Made by a program: the position numbers and the translations under genes
Notes under the pieces: model-generated
What the model saw: only the letters and a program-made list of their open reading frames with translations
What the model was told of the DNA's origin: nothing
The model's database searches: none
Origin: Candidatus Bathyarchaeota archaeon
GTDB taxonomy: Archaea > Thermoproteota > Bathyarchaeia > Bathyarchaeales > Bathycorpusculaceae
NCBI GenBank assembly: GCA_963780185.1
Contig: CAWABA010000004.1
Span: forward strand, 79,944-143,943
Direction of reading: 5' to 3'
Length of the DNA stretch: 64,000 bases
In this document: positions 61,725-64,000 of the stretch, in pieces
Numbering within the stretch: the stretch's first letter is position 1
Layout: each line of letters starts with the position of its first letter

Positions 61725-62972
61725 TTAGCGATTTTTTCGATGCCGCCTAAAAAGTATGAAGATAATGAATATCACTAAGACTGTAAAGGCGACAAAAGGA
61801 ATCGTGAGTGACGTAACTAAAACACCGATTGTGAAAGGAGGCGTAGGCGCTGGAGCTATTGCGTTAATATCGATAGGATGGAAAAGTGGATGGTAATCGG
61901 TGTTGTTTTGGTCTATTATGTATGGCGTATTAGCAATCCCCAAACCATTAAGTTCAGTAGCATTAGGATACTTCTTTTGGTAGTCACTCCAGTAATTGCC
62001 TACACGGCCATTGTCCCAGTAAACAATGTCAGAATAATTTGCAACATACATGCCGTCGGAACCAAAGTTATAAGTGCTCTGAATTTTTGCGGCCTGAGAA
62101 TTGCCGACTATATTGTTATAGTAAACATGGTTGCCAACGCGAGCACTAGCAAAAACGTCGTTTGAAGAGTATTTACCTATGTAGACACCAATCCCGTTAT
62201 CTTTAATATTGTTGTTATAAACTAAACAATTGTTTGCTCCATAAAATTTTATCCCAAATTGCGAGTTGCCTGTAATATTATTCTCAAAAACAAGGACTGA
62301 GTTGCCGTCTAATTCTAAGCCGTCGATTCCGTTTCCCGCTATATTGTTTTGCTTGATTGTCGCAGCAACACAGGAAGAGCTCATTGCTATTCCCGTACTT
62401 ACCCGAGTAACAGTATTGTTTGAAACGTCAGAGTATACAGAATTTAAAACAACACCAGCGTCTGCGCTTGTAATGGTATTCCCGAAAATAAGGTCATTCA
62501 TTATTCCATTGTCTTCGATGCAATCGTCGCTATTTTCTATGATATTACCGATTATTCTACATCTAGAAACCTCGTCAATGATAATGCCTTTGTTGAGCGC
62601 GCCGTCTATTGTAAAGCCTGATATTGTAACGTTGTCAGCGGATACAAGTATGCCTACTTGAAGGGGGTAATTGAATTGTGGTTTTATTATGGTTTTTTGG
62701 CTGTTTTCACCGATTAACAGTAGCGGTTTGTCAATTACTATGTTGACGTGGTCGTCTTCAAAATTAGTTGTTGGATGAACAAAGTAAGTTCCGTTTTTTA
62801 CATATACGGTGTCTCCAGCACTTGCGTTATTTATGGCGTCTTGGATTGTGGGGTATTGGTCAGGAACTACAAGAGTTCTGGTTTGAGCTTTCGCGGTTGC
62901 AGGTTGAAAGCTGACAATAGAGATTAAAAATAAACCAATAAGCACCAAAGCGAAAGTTTTCTTAAAGCCCAT
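61725..62972 (-). CDS. Secreted NosD-type beta-helix protein with TM anchor
   Basis: VPDQYPTIQDAINNASAGDTVYVKNGTY, WDNGRVGNYWSDY, DYHPL, TM plus RRHRK. Confidence 0.88.
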   Translation of the reverse strand: MGFKKTFALVLIGLFLISIVSFQPATAKAQTRTLVVPDQYPTIQDAINNASAGDTVYVKNGTYFVHPTTNFEDDHVNIVIDKPLLLIGENSQKTIIKPQFNYPLQVGILVSADNVTISGFTIDGALNKGIIIDEVSRCRIIGNIIENSDDCIEDNGIMNDLIFGNTITSADAGVVLNSVYSDVSNNTVTRVSTGIAMSSSCVAATIKQNNIAGNGIDGLELDGNSVLVFENNITGNSQFGIKFYGANNCLVYNNNIKDNGIGVYIGKYSSNDVFASARVGNHVYYNNIVGNSQAAKIQSTYNFGSDGMYVANYSDIVYWDNGRVGNYWSDYQKKYPNATELNGLGIANTPYIIDQNNTDYHPLFHPIDINAIAPAPTPPFTIGVLVTSLTIPFVAFTVLVIFIIFILFRRHRKNR

Positions 62973-62996
62973 AATAATCAGTACGAATGGTTGTCG

Positions 62997-63051
62997 ATAA
63001 AAGCCTATTCGTAAAGATTCCTTGACTGGGCCAAGTCAAAGTTTCTTGACT
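62997..63051 (-). promoter_or_regulatory. AGTCAAG tandem-box promoter module, copy 3
   Basis: Sense strand AGTCAAGAAACTTTGACT-tggccc-AGTCAAGGAATCTTTACG-aataggc-TTTTAT, 24 nt before ATG 62972. Confidence 0.8.
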
Positions 63052-63167
63052 TGTTTTCTATGCCTAACTATCACAGCAAAAGAGAACAAAAAGACGCAAA
63101 GGCACAATTACTAACCAGATAACAGAAGTCGAACATTTGGTGCTAATTGGTGTTAAATGCTGTTAAG

Positions 63168-63683
63168 CTAATAATATCCCTGATTAACCCAAGTTACCGA
63201 TTCAGACCCACTATATATTAGACTGTAATAGGTATGCGCATCATAATCCATCCCGTTAAAAATTGTTGTTGAATAGACAAATTGCAATTCAAAAACTTGG
63301 CTACTGTGAGATACTCCTATGGTGAGGTTCCCACTATTTAGGGGATTGACAGTTGCCTGAGGTAAAAACACACCACTTCTTGGAGCATAAAGTTGCAAGT
63401 GGAATTGAGAGTAGCTAACATCAATATCATTACCGCCGATAAAGGTTGCATTTACCATTAAGGTTACCTTCGTATTATTACCTACATCTCGGCTAATCTC
63501 ACTGTAACTGATAGACATTTTAGACGGGATTGGTGTTGGCTTAGGCGTCGGTGCAATAGTTGGGGATTTTGGGTTACTATAATTAATGCCAATATGATTT
63601 TCCACAAGTATAAGAAGAGAGATTAGACTAAACACTAAACTTAGAACAACCAAAACAAAAAGGATTGCCATCGAAGTCTTCAT
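63168..63683 (-). CDS. N-terminally anchored extracellular beta-rich protein
   Basis: N-terminal TM, PT linker and an alternating beta-strand domain. Confidence 0.7.
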   Translation of the reverse strand: MKTSMAILFVLVVLSLVFSLISLLILVENHIGINYSNPKSPTIAPTPKPTPIPSKMSISYSEISRDVGNNTKVTLMVNATFIGGNDIDVSYSQFHLQLYAPRSGVFLPQATVNPLNSGNLTIGVSHSSQVFELQFVYSTTIFNGMDYDAHTYYSLIYSGSESVTWVNQGYY

Positions 63684-63719
63684 TGCTATCTCTCTTAGCT
63701 ATTTGTGAATATCTTAGTC

Positions 63720-63773
63720 ATAAAAGGCTATTCGTAAAGGATTCTTGACTGGCTAAGTCAAAGTTTCTTGACT
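63720..63773 (-). promoter_or_regulatory. AGTCAAG tandem-box promoter module, copy 4
   Basis: Sense strand AGTCAAGAAACTTTGACT-tagcc-AGTCAAGAATCCTTTACG-aatagcc-TTTTAT, 36 nt before ATG 63683. Confidence 0.8.
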
Positions 63774-64000
63774 GAACTCTTCTCCAATTGCTTCTCTGAT
63801 TTCCCATGGTCAATCATAGGAGGAGTTTCTTTAACTATGCTCGAATAAGGATAGTTAAAGATTTAAGATGGTGGTTAGCGAAAGGCTTGATGTGGGCATT
63901 CGGCAAATTCGTGGTTTCTTGTGGGTTCTACTTGAAGGCAGGTGTAAATCGATTGATACCTGAAAAACCCCGTGGGTTCTGCTTTCTCAGAGTTCGGGTT

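Noticed and set aside
12503-63773. AGTCAAG modules as CRISPR repeats or IS/MITE ends
   Set aside because: They are dispersed rather than arrayed, have no spacers or target duplications, and keep a fixed distance to TATA and ATG.
63780-64000. Possible gene end or repeat (GTGGGTTCT twice) at the right edge
   Set aside because: Truncated by the window and no recognisable translation.

Overview
A 64-kb stretch of an archaeal chromosome, most likely Bathyarchaeia (TACK). This is inferred from topoisomerase VI, aIF5B, ABCE1, SRP19, eS8, SMC-ScpAB, the Aeropyrum-type mevalonate route and a large set of single-pass secreted beta-helix and 'PSVPxF...PYTG' proteins. A conserved backbone (rli, top6B/A, infB; eno-rps2-memo1-mvk-ubiD-acnX-ipk-fni-GGPPS-gltX; srp19, rps8e, smc-scpA-scpB; asnB-like) is interrupted by accessory blocks. 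These are three toxin-antitoxin-like pairs, an HNH nuclease, a fluoride riboswitch with crcB, a glycosyltransferase/propeller surface cluster and many secreted surface proteins. No tRNA, rRNA, CRISPR array or transposase was recognised. The best leads are: (1) a 54-55-bp promoter module (two tandem 18-bp AGTCAAG boxes abutting BRE/TATA) present four times before unrelated surface-protein genes; (2) an unannotated 22-aa hyper-acidic Trp-punctuated micropeptide with its own SD and promoter; (3) a structured minus-strand RNA upstream of the MoaD/SAMP gene; (4) a wHTH/degenerate-NTase plus DUF6036-like NTase pair with an operator. Three zones carry clustered single-base indels, including in essential genes, and are best read as assembly errors.
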